DNA of 64,000 nucleotides from contig NC_043003.1 in assembly GCF_006345805.1 (NCBI RefSeq), positions 29,140,001 to 29,204,000 of the forward strand, written 5' to 3'. This document shows positions 34,320 to 48,684 of the stretch, piece by piece. The DNA is from Octopus sinensis (taxonomy: Eukaryota). A program made the position numbers and the translations under genes. The first letter of the stretch is position 1. Each line of letters opens with the position of its first letter. The notes beneath the pieces are model-generated. The model was given only the letters and a program-made list of their open reading frames with translations, made no database searches and was not told where the DNA came from.

Positions 34320-35089
34320 GGATATGTAATGTCCGTGCGTCACTCGTTTTCTCGTTAAAATCCTTTATAGTCTGTAGCCAGGTCCATGATAGCAATATTA
34401 TAGGCACCTGGGCAAATCAAGGCACTGACTCCTATAGTATTTATTTATTGCCAGCAAGTCACAGCATACATAGGTTAGAATGAGGCCGCCAGGCAACAGC
34501 TCAGTGTGCCAACACCTGAAAATGGCGCTGATCATAACCAATGTTTAATTGAAAAACAAAAGAAGTGGTTCAAGAGTACAGTGAGAAAGGATTATCAATC
34601 CATTCAAAATTGGACGATATTCATTCCTGCCTGTCATTTTGGTTAGTGTCACTGTTTGAAGAACATTGAAGACATACACATGTACACACACTCATGCATA
34701 TTGTATACCCGTGCTTCCATCTATTCATCCATCCATCCATTCATCCATCCGGCCATCTATCCTTACATACACACATGAATCCTGAAAACCGACCAATCGA
34801 AAGACAGGGTGTACCCGGATGATGAAAGTTCTTAAGTATGCTTCATCACCACCATCATCATCATCATCATCGCACTACTCTCGTCACAATCACCACCAGA
34901 ATTATCATCATCATCGTGGTCGTCGTCATCATCACCATCATCATCATTAGCAACAATAACAATAATAATGATACGACTTCTCCTTACCAGTTTCCTTCAG
35001 TCAGTTTGTTCCGTCCTGTTCGCGGCTGGAATTTATTAACGGAAATATTCAAATGTTTTTATTTTTAAACATAGTAAAAATAATCCTTT

Positions 35090-35275
35090 TTGTTGAAGGC
35101 AAAAGGCCTTAAATTTGGGGGGAGGGGTCTAGTTGATTACATCGACCTCAGTATTCAACTGGTACTTATTTTATCGACCCCAAAAGGATAAAATGCAAAG
35201 TGGGAATTTGAACTCGGAACGCAAAGACGGACGAAATGCTGCCTGGGGTTCTAATGATTCTGCCAGCTCGACGCC

Positions 35276-35323
<48 letters not shown>

Positions 35324-35550
35324 TAATAATAATAATAATAATTTCTACAAAAGGCACAAGGCCTAAAATTTGCAGAGTGGGGACTAGTTGATTGCATCGA
35401 CCCCGGTGTTTCAGAGGTAATTAACTTATCGACCTCGAAAGGATGAAAGGCAAAGTTGACCTCGGTAGTATTTGAAATCAGAACCTGAAGACGGACGAAA
35501 AACCGCTAAGCATTTCACCGTGTGCTAACGATTCTGCCAGCTCACTGCCT

Positions 35551-35551
<1 letters not shown>
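35090..35551 (-). mobile_element. Two family A SINEs (tail type 2) separated by (AAT)n
   Basis: Copies at about 35090-35278 and 35342-35551. Confidence 0.85.
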
Positions 35552-35617
<66 letters not shown>

Positions 35618-35727
35618 GTCGCAAAATACTCTCTATGTAACCTCAAGGTTTAAAACAACCATAATTTTCGGTTTAAAAAAAAAGAAATAATAAAGAAACA
35701 GGATCGAATAATAAAGAAACAGGATCG

Positions 35728-37150
35728 AAGCAATCAATGCATTAGCTATACCAGTCGTGACTTACAGTTTCAATATTGTTAACTGGTCAATTACTGAAAT
35801 ATGTCAGCTCGACAGAAAAATAAGGAAACTGTTGACAATGCATAGAATGCACCACCCTAAGGCAGATACAGAACGACTCTATCTGCCAAGAAAAGAGGGA
35901 GGCCGTGGTCTTTTGCAACTGGCAATAACAATGAAGATTGCTACAATTGGCCTAGACACCTACCTGAAAAACTCTGAGGACTGGATGTTAAAACTTGTCT
36001 CAAAACATGAAAACAAGAAAGCATCATACTCAGTCACAAAACAGGCAAAGGAATACCTAAGTGAATTCCGAATACAACCAATTTCGGAATTAGAGATAGA
36101 CATACAAGAAACAAGCACAGAAAAAGCTAGGCGCATGAAAACCCGTGCCAAAACTGCGGCCTTAGATATTCTGATAATAAATGGCAAGAAAACCTCTCTA
36201 CGGCAAATACCCAAAGAGAGCGAATAATGCAGATATCGACAAAGCCCTGACCCATCAATGGCTAATGGCCTCTGGCTTAAAATCTGAAACAGAGGGTTTT
36301 ATCATAGCAGCTCAAGATCAATGCCTACCAACAAGAAACTACCAGGCCAACATATTAAAGATCAGAAGCAGTCCAACGTGTCGTGTATGCAAGCAACAAA
36401 TGAAACCTTGACCATGTGGTCTCCAAGTGCAGTCTTCTAGCGCCTACAGAGTATCTCAACAGGCACGATAGAGCTGCACAACATATTCACTGGGTAATCT
36501 GTAAAAACCTGGATTTGCCCCATGAAAAAAACTGGGAACACAAACCACCCCCAGTGCTTGAAAATGACCACATCTCACTCCTCTGGAACTTCACCATTCA
36601 AACTGACAGGAGATAGATGCAAATAGGCCAGACATCATATTGAAAGACTTCAAACAAAGAACATGCCTCCTCATTGATATGACTGTCCCAATCGATATAA
36701 ACGTATCTGTCAGGACCTACCCAAAACTGAGCAAATATAAAGATCTTGAAATAGAAATCAGCAAATGTGGAAGCTGAAGACTAAAACAATACCTGTTGTC
36801 ATAGGTGCCCTGGGAATGATAGCAAAAGGGGCTGATAGCTCCTAACTCAGATACCAGGAAACCCAAATGGCAGAAGTTCAAAGATAGTGCTCATGGGAAC
36901 TGCTCATATCCTACGCAAATACTCTCTATGTAACCTCAAGGTTTAAAACAACCATAATTTTCGGTTTAAAAAAAAAAAAAAAAAAAAAACTTTTTTTTTT
37001 TTAGACATTCATTAGTACAACATCCCCCCCCCCCAAATATGGCACACTAGGCATAACAACAACATGAACTTCCAACCCTGTTGTCTCTTGAGGTCTCTGG
37101 GTGAGACTTGGAGCCAACTTGTACAAATATAAAGCAAAAGTCAAACATAG
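35728..37150 (+). mobile_element. R4/Dong-like non-LTR retrotransposon, 5'-truncated and frameshifted (RT end, CCHC knuckle, RLE, 3' UTR), in (AAT)n
   Basis: HHPKADTERLYLPRKEGGRGL, SETEGFIIAAQDQ, CRVC..DHVVSKC..YLNRHD, NRPDII..CLLIDMTVP, IPVVIGALG; (AAT)n on both flanks. Confidence 0.93.
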
Positions 37151-37198
37151 AATAATAATAATAATAATAACACAATATAATAATAATAAATAATAATA

Positions 37199-37256
<58 letters not shown>

Positions 37257-37739
37257 CAACAACAACAACAACACAAAACTTTAATATCTACAACTTCTGT
37301 GAATACCTATCCTTTCCTTACTCCCGGAGTATTCGAAAATGTAAACATCCTATTTATTGCAAAAACACTACAGTCTTCTCTGATCGGACATACAAATGAT
37401 AATCTCTAGAAAATTTTAAAACTTTAATATCTACAATTTGGTGTGAAAATTTTATCTTTCCTCTCTCACTGACTATCCGAATATGTAAACATACCTCTTA
37501 TTGCAACAACACAATTAAATGCACGATAAAAAATAATTTTAAAAATTAAGGAGGTAAGCACCTGCTAATTTATACAAACTGCACAATTACAAAAACTGTA
37601 AGCCACAACTAAAATTTTTTAAAAGAAAGAAAAATTTTTTTACAAAAATTCATAAATTCAAAAATTGAACGATGTGAACATCTTATATATTTTTATTATT
37701 ATTTCTATCAGTAATTAAAAATAGAAGGAGGTGATTTGG

Positions 37740-38050
37740 TTCTTTTCAAGGCCAAGGTCAGCGCTCACATTGATCGCTAGTAGTAGTAAACACATTTGAT
37801 CTCTGCTGACACCAAGGGTGTGGTAATAAAACTGAAGCCCCTAATGGTGACAGTGTTGCACCCGACAGGCTCAGAGACTCCAGCCGTCTGTCGTTATCCT
37901 GCAAGGGACCAGCACTCGCAGCGTAAATTGAACAAACAAATTAATGCTGTGTTCATGGAGTGTTACTACCTGAACAACCATGTAGACGAAAATGGTGTTC
38001 ATCTTAGGGGATACCGACAACGTATGTATGATCGATGGACAGAAAGAGGT
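37740..38050 (+). mobile_element. R4/Dong-like ORF N-terminal fragment
   Basis: INAVFMECYYLN..VDENG..LRGYRQRMY..WTERG. Confidence 0.7.
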
Positions 38051-38250
38051 TTTTAGACTCCACATTCGAGTTACCTCTATTTCCAGGTCTTTGCGCTTTC
38101 AAAGTTTCTCCGTTTTTCTTTTTTTTTCTCGAGAAACAGTCATCTGTTGGTATTGATACATCGATTAGAAAGCATTTTTTCTTGGTGATCTCTGATAACA
38201 ACATCCGGACTATTGGCCTTAATTTCTCTATCTGTGTGAATTGACATATC
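38050..38250 (-). mobile_element. R4-like RLE domain fragment
   Basis: DMSIHTDREIKAN(S)PDVVIRDHQEKKCFLIDVSIPTDD. Confidence 0.8.
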
Positions 38251-38285
38251 CTATAACATGGTTGCTTTTTCATTTTCTGTCACCT

Positions 38286-38287
<2 letters not shown>

Positions 38288-38352
<65 letters not shown>

Positions 38353-38356
38353 CATC

Positions 38357-38397
<41 letters not shown>

Positions 38398-38416
38398 CAT
38401 CATCATCATCATCATC

Positions 38417-38469
<53 letters not shown>

Positions 38470-38499
38470 CATCATCATCATCATTATTATTATTATCAT
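38288..38499. repeat. (ATT)n/(ATC)n tract
   Basis: Direct observation. Confidence 0.95.
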
Positions 38500-38965
38500 T
38501 GCCTTTGCACAGCTTCTAACGCTGGAGATGTACTACAGTGTCAGCTGTTCACTACCAGTGAACTAAGGTAACACCTTATTTTTCCAGCACCTTCCGGAGT
38601 ATTCGAGCGGTTCTAAGCTGTGCTGTTTTCTGTAAGTGCTCCACCCTTATTGCAGCCCCTATTTGTTCCATGTACTCCTCGAGTTTTTTACTCACTGTTC
38701 CCAGGTCTCCGACAATTATTGGTACCACTACCACCTTTTTCATCGAGCACAACAGCTTTGCCTCCCAAGCTAACCTGTCATACCTATCTACTTTTCTTTC
38801 CTCTTTGTTGCATACCTTGTTGTTACCTGGACATGCTATATCTATGATCTAGCATAGCTTACTTTCTTTCTCAATTAAGACTATGGCTGGCTTCCTATTT
38901 TCTATCTCATGGTCGCACTGAGTCACAAAATCCCACAGGATCTTTACCTTATCATTTCTGCGTTT
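38500..38965 (-). mobile_element. Second R4-like family, RLE domain and 3' UTR
   Basis: KILWDFVTQCDHEIENRKP..IIDIACP..VVPIIVGDLG..LQKTA..RILRKVLE*; same family as 57612-57943. Confidence 0.9.
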
Positions 38966-38969
38966 TTTA

Positions 38970-39610
38970 TGACAGTTCTCAAGGATCATGCGATTGATTA
39001 AGAATGGGTCTTTGCATCCATGTAAGCTTCACCGGCATCCTCTTTGTTCAGTGGGGAAAATATCGTTCTGTTCTATAAAATTATGTTTTCTCCACGAGAA
39101 TGGATGTTAAACTTTTGTACGTGGTAGACAGGCATGTTATAGGCCGATAGTTTGGGAGAAATTTGGTTTCATTATTCTTCGAGAGAAGGTAAGTAATCAG
39201 GTGTTTTCGTAGGATCTCTTATAATTTCATTTAACAACTGAACTAACTCTTCGTGTGCGCACGGGAACGATGCGAGCCAGAAAATTGATACTCTATCATT
39301 AGCAGGAAATTTCCACTTATGAGTCTTCGTGAGTGTCATCTTAGGTCTGCTATTGTGATATCCTCTCATGCTTGTTCTGACAAATTTTGGTAGAATCTTT
39401 CTGTGCGCCTAACCCAGTCTGCATTTTCATTGTATGTCTTTTCATCACTCCAAATATTTTTCCAAAAGTTTTCGACTTCTTCCATAGGAGGAGGAGGGGT
39501 TTTCAACGGTTATTTTCTCCTTCCCTATTTCTCAGTAGAATGTTTGCGCATTGGATGTGAACAGCTTATTTTGCTTGGAAAACTCGTTTCTCTTCTCAAA
39601 TCTTCCTGTT
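38970..39610 (-). mobile_element. R4-like RT N-terminal fragment
   Basis: Frameshifted THKWK.PANDRVS.FWL, TYLLSK..NYRPITCLSTTYK.LTSIL, GCKD..LIN.MILENC. Confidence 0.85.
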
Positions 39611-40289
39611 CTTTATTATCATTATTATCATTGTTGTTGCTGCTGCTGTTGTTATTGTCACTGTTGTTATACTACTACTACTATTACTATACATGCTTTA
39701 AACTACTTTTATTCGAATATTTAATTAAGCGTGGGATTGTCATTTTCGCTAATGACTCAGAGAAAGAGAACAAGGATGTCAAAGTGAGGACGATACCGCT
39801 GAAGGAATTTCAATTTTCCCACACTGCATTCAGCACCACTTTCTAATTCAAAACAGGATGTTATATAATATACACAAATGAAAATGCTTCACTGAATATA
39901 TATTGATTAGCATACGCTTGTCGCCAAAAATGCCGACACTTAATGACAGAAATCGCTGCATCAAAACAATAAGAGAAACCATTTATAAATGTCACCAACA
40001 GAGTAAAAATATGTACGTGCACAGTATTGAAGCAAGTGAATAATCGTATACGGTTGTAACGTGAAAGATTTTGTAGACTGGATGCCCTTCTTGTCGCCAA
40101 CCCTTACTTATTGCCAACTAAAATAATATTTTACTATGTCCAGACATTTTTCATGAAAGGTTGCAAGCAGAAACTCAGACTCTCCTGCAAGGAAAGCAGA
40201 CAGTAAAACACACAAACACATGTGCACGCGCACACACACACACATCACACATGTATGCATGTATGTATGTATGTATGTATATATGTATG

Positions 40290-41722
<1,433 letters not shown>

Positions 41723-42105
41723 TAAATGATTGCATGTGCATGTATACATGTGTGTGTATATGTATGTGCATTGCATATAAGCTTGGATTTGGCTGTGCAG
41801 CTAAGGAGTTTGCCTTGCAACTTCATGGTTTTAAGTTCCATTCCACTGCTCTGCCCCAAATGGGAAAGTATCCTCTATTGTAGCTTTAGTTCAACCAAAG
41901 CCTTGCTACTGAAATTTGGTAAGATAAAATTTCTGTGGAAGCATATTGGTCAGAAGAATCGTTCCTGTTTGAGGCTGACAGATTTAATATTTCACTCAAC
42001 GGTACCATTGGTGGACTAGAGTTTGTTGTATATATACAGACATACAAACAGATACATACATTCATACATACATACATACATACATACATACATACATACA
42101 TACAT

Positions 42106-42164
<59 letters not shown>

Positions 42165-42417
42165 AAAATACCCCATTGATGATGTTGAAATTCCAATGAA
42201 GGAGCTTCGAATCTAGGTTAGAAACCGGGTCTTTCTCTATTGGCAAGAAATCTTGAAATAATACTGAATAACGACATACATATATGCATGCATACATTCA
42301 TATGTACATATGTAAAAACATATACACATACAACAGACACATGTACATACACACACATACATATGCACATACGTAAACATGCATACACACATACATACAC
42401 AAATACATACACATGAT

Positions 42418-42890
42418 AGTTGTCTACTCCTTATGCAGAGTTTGACCACTTCTTGTACTTACTCCTGAGATCCATCATGCCGTCTGATGTGGCCTTTTAA
42501 ACATGACAATGTATTGAAAAGACACCCACATCGATTGCATATCTGATTTCGACCACTAAGAGATGCAGTTAAGTTCTGGCCTTTGTGGATCTTAAAATGT
42601 CTTTTGAGGCCCCCGTTAGCCTTGCAGACCTTATAGCATTCACGGCATTGAAAGATATGCACAGATATATAGGCAGAGTAGTTGGTGAAGGTTCGTTTTT
42701 CATGGGTCTACAAATGAGATTTGAGCCAAGCAAAAAAAAAGGCATGGTCTGTCACAAACTGTACACAAAAAAGGTCACTGAGATTCACCTTCTCGATCGC
42801 AACATTCTTCTTTAAATCTTTCTTGAGTCTTGCATTTGTCATCCTGGCCTAGGCAAAAGCTTTCACTCTACTCCACACTTTCGTTTGCCA
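42418..42890 (-). mobile_element. RTE-like LINE C-terminus with C2H2 zinc fingers
   Basis: CRECYKVCKANGGLKRHFKIH and CNRCGCLFNTLSCLKGHIRRH, a frameshifted third finger upstream, and a 3' end GTGGTCAAACTCTGCATAAGGAGTAGACAAC abutting microsatellite. Confidence 0.7.
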
Positions 42891-43299
42891 TCCAGCTCAC
42901 ACATACACGCGCATACTTATAAAGATCTTATCCTATTTTTAAATTGTAAATTTAACCGGAATATATTCAGTGCTGAATTTATTCTGAATAAACACGTGTA
43001 CCGAGATGCAATTTGAAAAACCCACCTCTTACATAGATATATAAGAGTGAACGACTCTATGTACTATGCTGGATACATTTGATGTTCGCCTGGTTTGTTG
43101 ATTTTTTGCTGTTGTTTTTTTATGTGTGTGAAATTGTGTTTTATTATATGCACGATTGACGAGTACATCTAAGACGCCGACCTGTATAACATCAGAAAGT
43201 GGTCCGTGGTAGATTGCAGAAGACCACGCACATTTTTTGACTAAATGCTTAAAATGGCTACAGCTATATGTAGATTTTGTGTTACACTGTGAGAAATAT

Positions 43300-43815
43300 C
43301 ACGACCTGAACATCTTGGACATCACCAGTTGCACGCCGAACAAAATGCTTGGCGGCGTTTCGTCCATCTTTGTGTTATGTGTTCAAATTCCTCCGAGGTT
43401 CACTTTGCGGGTCGATAAATTTAAGTGCCAGTTAAACATTAGGATTGTGTCTACAGTGGAAAAGATTATTGTTATTGTTGTTTCCGTGTCGTTTTGTAGA
43501 AAATTCTTTACAAGCAACATAGACGAAGAATATATACAATACGCAAAAACAATTGACTTCAGGATTTGGTCCCAGAATGTAAATGAGCACGATGAATATA
43601 TTAGTTTCAAATTTTGACACAAAGCCCGCAATTTCGGGTGAGTGAGCTAAGTCGATTACTCCGATCCCAGTGCTCAGCTGGCACTTTATTTCATCGACCC
43701 CTGAGAAGATGAAAGGCAAATACCACATCGACGGAATTTGAACTCAGAACGTGCAGACGGACAAAATGCTACTAAGCAATTTGCTCGGCGTGCTAACGCT
43801 TCTGCCATTTCACCA
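43300..43815. mobile_element. Two degenerate family A SINEs in opposite orientation
   Basis: About 43300-43450 (+) and 43610-43815 (-). Confidence 0.7.
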
Positions 43816-45074
43816 AGACCTGACAATCTACTTTCCCGCTATTTTCCAAATATTTTTTTTTCGACATTTTTAATATTTCCATGTTGTTTTGTTGAAAATA
43901 CCATAAAACAAACACAAACACGGGTAAGAAGAATAAAGCACAATACATGGGAACGAAGGTGTGAAAACAACATCGACCGGACGTCGCTTGACGCCTTCTT
44001 TCAATTTTTTTGTTTTTTTTTTAACATTCTAGCTTTGTATTTACTCGCCTATCACTCTACTCTCCCTTTCTTTCTCTCTTTCTCTCTTTCTCACTCCTCA
44101 TTTATAAAAAGCAGTTGTATTTTCTCTATTATACTAAAAGCAGTAATCAGTGTGAAATTTCCGACTAAATAGCTATAATTATCAACGCGTACATTAGGGT
44201 GTTGTTATGTGTGTGTGTGTGTATGTGTGATAACTAAACAAGGACAGAGAATAAGTTTATTTTTAAACAGGTGTGTGAATACATGTATATATGTGCGTGT
44301 TTACGTGTCTGTATATATCTATACACGTATGTGCGTTGACATATATACATATAAGCTATAAATATATACAAATTCGACACACCTCTTTAAAAATAGATTC
44401 ATTTCTCCGTCCTTGTTTACTTATCACATACACACGATATACATACATACACACACACACATACGCATATATATATACACATATATATATGTATGTATGT
44501 ATATACATACGTATATATGTGTATGCGTGGTTGTTTATAAAATATACATGTATGTGAATGCATGGGTGTGAAGGGATTCATGTGTATGTGCGTGTGATAT
44601 TTAAACAAGGACGAAGTTAGTGTACTTTTAAATGTATCAAAACTGTGCAGCTAGCCATCTATCCATCGTTCCATACATACATACATACATACATACATAC
44701 ATACATACATACATAATACATACATACATACATACATACATACATACATACAAACAAGCAAACATACATACACTGCTGAACCCAAAATGAATGTGCCAGA
44801 TCAATTTTTCAACAATTTTTAACTATCCGATCAATTCTCTTTCACCTACAAAGCAAGAACATGCAGAAATTAATATGAAATATCAACCTCATCTTTTTAT
44901 AAATCACCCTTGTTTTTTTGTTGTTTTTTTTTTCCTTGCACCAAGAAGTACCAATATTTCACAGTTGCTCTTTCATATTTCACAGTTCCTGAAAGGTTTT
45001 TAGAGTGTTTGTACCCGATATATTTCTATGTATTCTTTATGAAGTTCATAGTTAAGCAGTGGCCAATCCAGAAT

Positions 45075-46111
45075 GGGATCCGGACAAAATCCCCATAGGA
45101 CAAAAGCCCCATAGGACAAAAGCCCCATAGTTAAAGTTGGAAAGTGGACAAAAGCCCCTCAGACAACAGCCTCATGGTTATATTTTTCGGTTACGTTTCC
45201 GTTTTTTTTTTGTTGTTGTTTTTTTACTTGTTGCAGCCATTAGCATTTTAGCCGAATGTATCGATCCCAGAATCTTTTTAGGTGAGGATTTCAACCAGCA
45301 CATGAAGTTAAACCTAGATGGTTTCTCCACATGATAGAAATAGCAGCCAAATCTTTACAATTTTTTTTTTATAATTTCACGTAAACAAAAACGGAAATCG
45401 CGATTGTAAAAAAAACATTTATTTTCCAAAATTCTAAATATTCGACTGAAAATCAATTTGTAGAATAGAATAACAGAACACAAGACTCTTTACTACTCAA
45501 TGTTCGTATTGTCTGAATTCTAACAAAAGAGAAAGTATTTATTTCAAAACATGTGTAAAAACATAAAAATTATATGAAATATCGTGTGAATGAACTAGCC
45601 TTCAGCGCCATAATTCTGTTAGACCTTCTATGGCCAGAGAAAGTTCAAAAGGTCAGCCCATTCTCATTAATCTGTAAGTGCTGAGAAAAGAAAACAAAAG
45701 ACTTTAAATTTAAAAATTTTAAATGCTGATTTTTCTGCGACTAAAAATTCTTCAAGGCGGTGCCCCAGCATGGCCGCATTCTAATAACTGCAACAAGTAA
45801 AAATAAAAAAAAAATTTTGGCGTCGATACGTTGATCTAAAAATTCTTCGAGGTGATGCCCCAGCATGGCCACAGTCTAATGACTGAAACAAGTAAAAGGT
45901 GAAAAAAAAAACAAATAACCGAAAAACATAACCGTGGGGCTTTTCTCCGAGGGGCTTTTGCCCCCTTTCACACTTTAACTATGGGGCTTTTGTCTGAGAG
46001 GCTTTTGTCTGAGGGGCTTTTGTCCGTGGGGCTTTTGTCCGTAGGGGCTTTTGTCCGTAGGGGCTTTTGTCCGTAGGGGCTTTTGTCCGTAGGGGCTTTT
46101 GTCCTACACTC
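45075..46111. mobile_element. Mutator-like non-autonomous element with tandem subterminal repeats
   Basis: Inverted ends built of GGACAAAAGCCCC units; G..C termini; 9-bp TSD ATCCAGAAT/ATCCAGAAC. Confidence 0.75.
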
Positions 46112-46699
46112 ATCCAGAACATAATTTTCAGGAAGTTCCTTGTTCTAACCAATGTTTGTTGATCTGGACAAAAGGAGAGGAACAGTACACTGCTGACAGA
46201 AAACGACTTAGTTAAGTGGGGCTTTTTTTTTTTTACCTGGTATTATCTTGTTTTTCTTTCGTTCTTTTTTCTTTGAGCAGTAACACAATCTCTCTCTCTC
46301 TCTCCCTCTCCCCCTCTCTCTTTCACTCTATCCCTCACATACTCACTCTCTCTGTTTCTTTCTCACACACTATTTCTGACTAACTGATTTTCTTTCGCTT
46401 TCTCTTTCTTTCATTTTCTCCTCTCACACACCTCTCCTTCACTCTCTCACGCTCCCTTACTCTCTTTGACTCACCCTCACTCCCCTCTCTCTCCCTCTCT
46501 CTCTCTCTCTCTCCTTGTAATATATTTTTAGATAATCCAAAGCAGTCATTTTGACTCTCCATATTGTTTAACTTCTCAAAGATCCGCAAATGAAAATCTA
46601 CCGCATCCCATGATTCCACCTCATTCCTGCTTGAAAATAACTAAAATACATTCAGGATCAAATTCTCACCAATTCTGGGAATACAACTTCCTGGGGCAG

Positions 46700-46935
46700 T
46701 AAATTGGCAGAGTCGTTAGCGCATCGAACAAATTGCTTCGCGGTAATTGTTCTGGCTCTCTACGCTCTGAGTTCAAATTCCACCAAAGTCCACTTCACTT
46801 TTTATCCTTTCTTATTGAATTCTTATTTCAAATCCTGCCTTGGCTTACTCTGGTGGTAGATTTAACTCGTTGCCTGCTTCAATACCAGTACCTGGCGCGT
46901 TGTGTACCTTTAGCGGACACAACTCTGTTATGAGA
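46700..46935 (+). mobile_element. SINE family A-related, degenerate
   Basis: TGGCAGAGTCGTTAGCGCATCGAACAAA..CTGAGTTCAAATTCCACC. Confidence 0.65.
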
Positions 46936-47245
46936 ATTCAGGCCAGGTTTTCTGTTTGATGATACCTTTAAATCTTTCTTGCGTCTTAATATGTGTCATC
47001 CGCCTCCTGCTAGTCTCGAGGGTGGGTTGTGAAGAGTCATAGGTACAGTTGTACTCTTCTGATAATTAAAAAAAATACTACCAAGTTTGGGTATTTGGCG
47101 TCTGTGTATGTTGTGTGTGTGTTTGTGTATGTGTGTGTGTGTGTGTGTATGTGTGTGTGTGTGTGTGTGAGTACACAAGTAGGTAACTCTTACTGTGAGT
47201 ATGTCTGTGTCAATGTGAAACAGGGTATGTGTCGATGTTATATAC

Positions 47246-47399
47246 AGGAGCAGGCGTGGCAGAGTGTGGTTAGAAGCTTGCTTCCCAACCACATGGTTCC
47301 GTGTTCAGTACCACTGCGAGGCACCTTGGGCAAGTGTCTTCAGGCCGACCAAAGCCTTGGGAGTGGATTTGGTAGACGGAAACTGAAAGAAGTCTGTTG

Positions 47400-47432
<33 letters not shown>

Positions 47433-47620
47433 ATCCTCACCATCGCTTGACGACCGATGTTGGTGTGTTTACGTCCCCGTAACTTACTGGTTCGGCCAAA
47501 AACTCTGATAGAATAAGTACTAGATTTACAAAGAATAAGTCCTGGGTCGAATTGTTCGACTAAAGGCGGTGCTCCAGCATGGCTACAGTCAAATCACTGA
47601 AACAAGTAAAAGAATAAAAT
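47246..47620 (+). mobile_element. SINE family B, near full length
   Basis: Head, CORE-like domain, spacer, tail. Confidence 0.88.
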
Positions 47621-47655
47621 AATATGTATATATGTGGCATATTTTGTAATGTTGT

Positions 47656-47889
47656 TATTTCTTTACTGCCTACAAGGGGCTAAACACAGAGAGGACAAAC
47701 AAGCACAGACAAAAGGATTAAGTCGATTCTATCGACACCAGTGCGTAGCTGGTACTTTATTTAATCGACCCCGAAAGGATGAAATGCAAAGTCGACTTCG
47801 GCGGGATTTGAACTCAGAACGTAACGGCAGTCGAAATACGGTACGCATTTCGCCCGGCGTGCCAACGTTTCTGCCAGCTCGCCGCCTTG
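47656..47889 (-). mobile_element. SINE family A, tail type 1, with 16-bp TSD
   Basis: TSD TATTTTGTAATGTTGT at 47640-47655 and 47890-47905. Confidence 0.95.
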
Positions 47890-48361
47890 TATTTTGTAAT
47901 GTTGTGTGTAGTGAAATGCGTGTGTGTGTGTAGGCGTGTGTGTGTGGGTGTGTGTTTGTGTGTATGTGTGGAGGTGTGGTGGGAGGTTGGTAGGGTTAGG
48001 TGAGTGAACTTGCTAAAGCAGGAGTGTATGTGTCTTTGTGCGGATGTATATTGCTACAGGAAGATTGGTGATAATTTATCCACTGGGACTAATTTTTTGC
48101 GGTGCAAAGATGTGTTGCTGCTCACGCAGACACCAGGATGTTGGAGAACCGACCTGGGACTATCGTAGGCGTGGTGTAATGATGCATGATTAGGCGAGTG
48201 GAAGTCGTGGGCTACAATTTATTAAATCATGCATGCATCATTAGATCGACGAGTGACCGCTGGTGGCTTCGCTAATGAGCCTTATGCGTTTGATACAGAG
48301 TTTTCGCACAATGCAAAAATTATTTCCGTGCTATTGCCTTCCGTCGGATGTTTTTTATATT

Positions 48362-48428
48362 TATGATGATGATGATGATGATGACGACGACGACGATAAC
48401 GATGATGATCATGATGATGTTGACGACG

Positions 48429-48459
<31 letters not shown>

Positions 48460-48682
48460 TGATGATGATGATGAGGATGATGATGATGACGATGATGACG
48501 ATGATGACGATGATGGTGACGATGGTGGTGGTGGTAGTGGTGGTGATAGTGGTGGTGGTGGTGGTGGTGGTGGTGGTAGTGGTGGTGGTGGTGGTGGTGG
48601 TGGTGGTGGTGGTTGTGATGATGATGGTGGCGATGATGATGACGACGGCGACGATGATTATTGTTGTTGTTGTTGTTATTAT
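48362..48682. repeat. (GAT/GAC/GGT)n compound tract
   Basis: Direct observation. Confidence 0.9.
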
Positions 48683-48684
48683 TA

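Noticed and set aside
43820-43950. 39-aa hydrophobic minus-strand mini-ORF (MYCALFFLPVFVFVLW..)
   Set aside because: It is explained by GT/T-rich composition; no splice or homology evidence.
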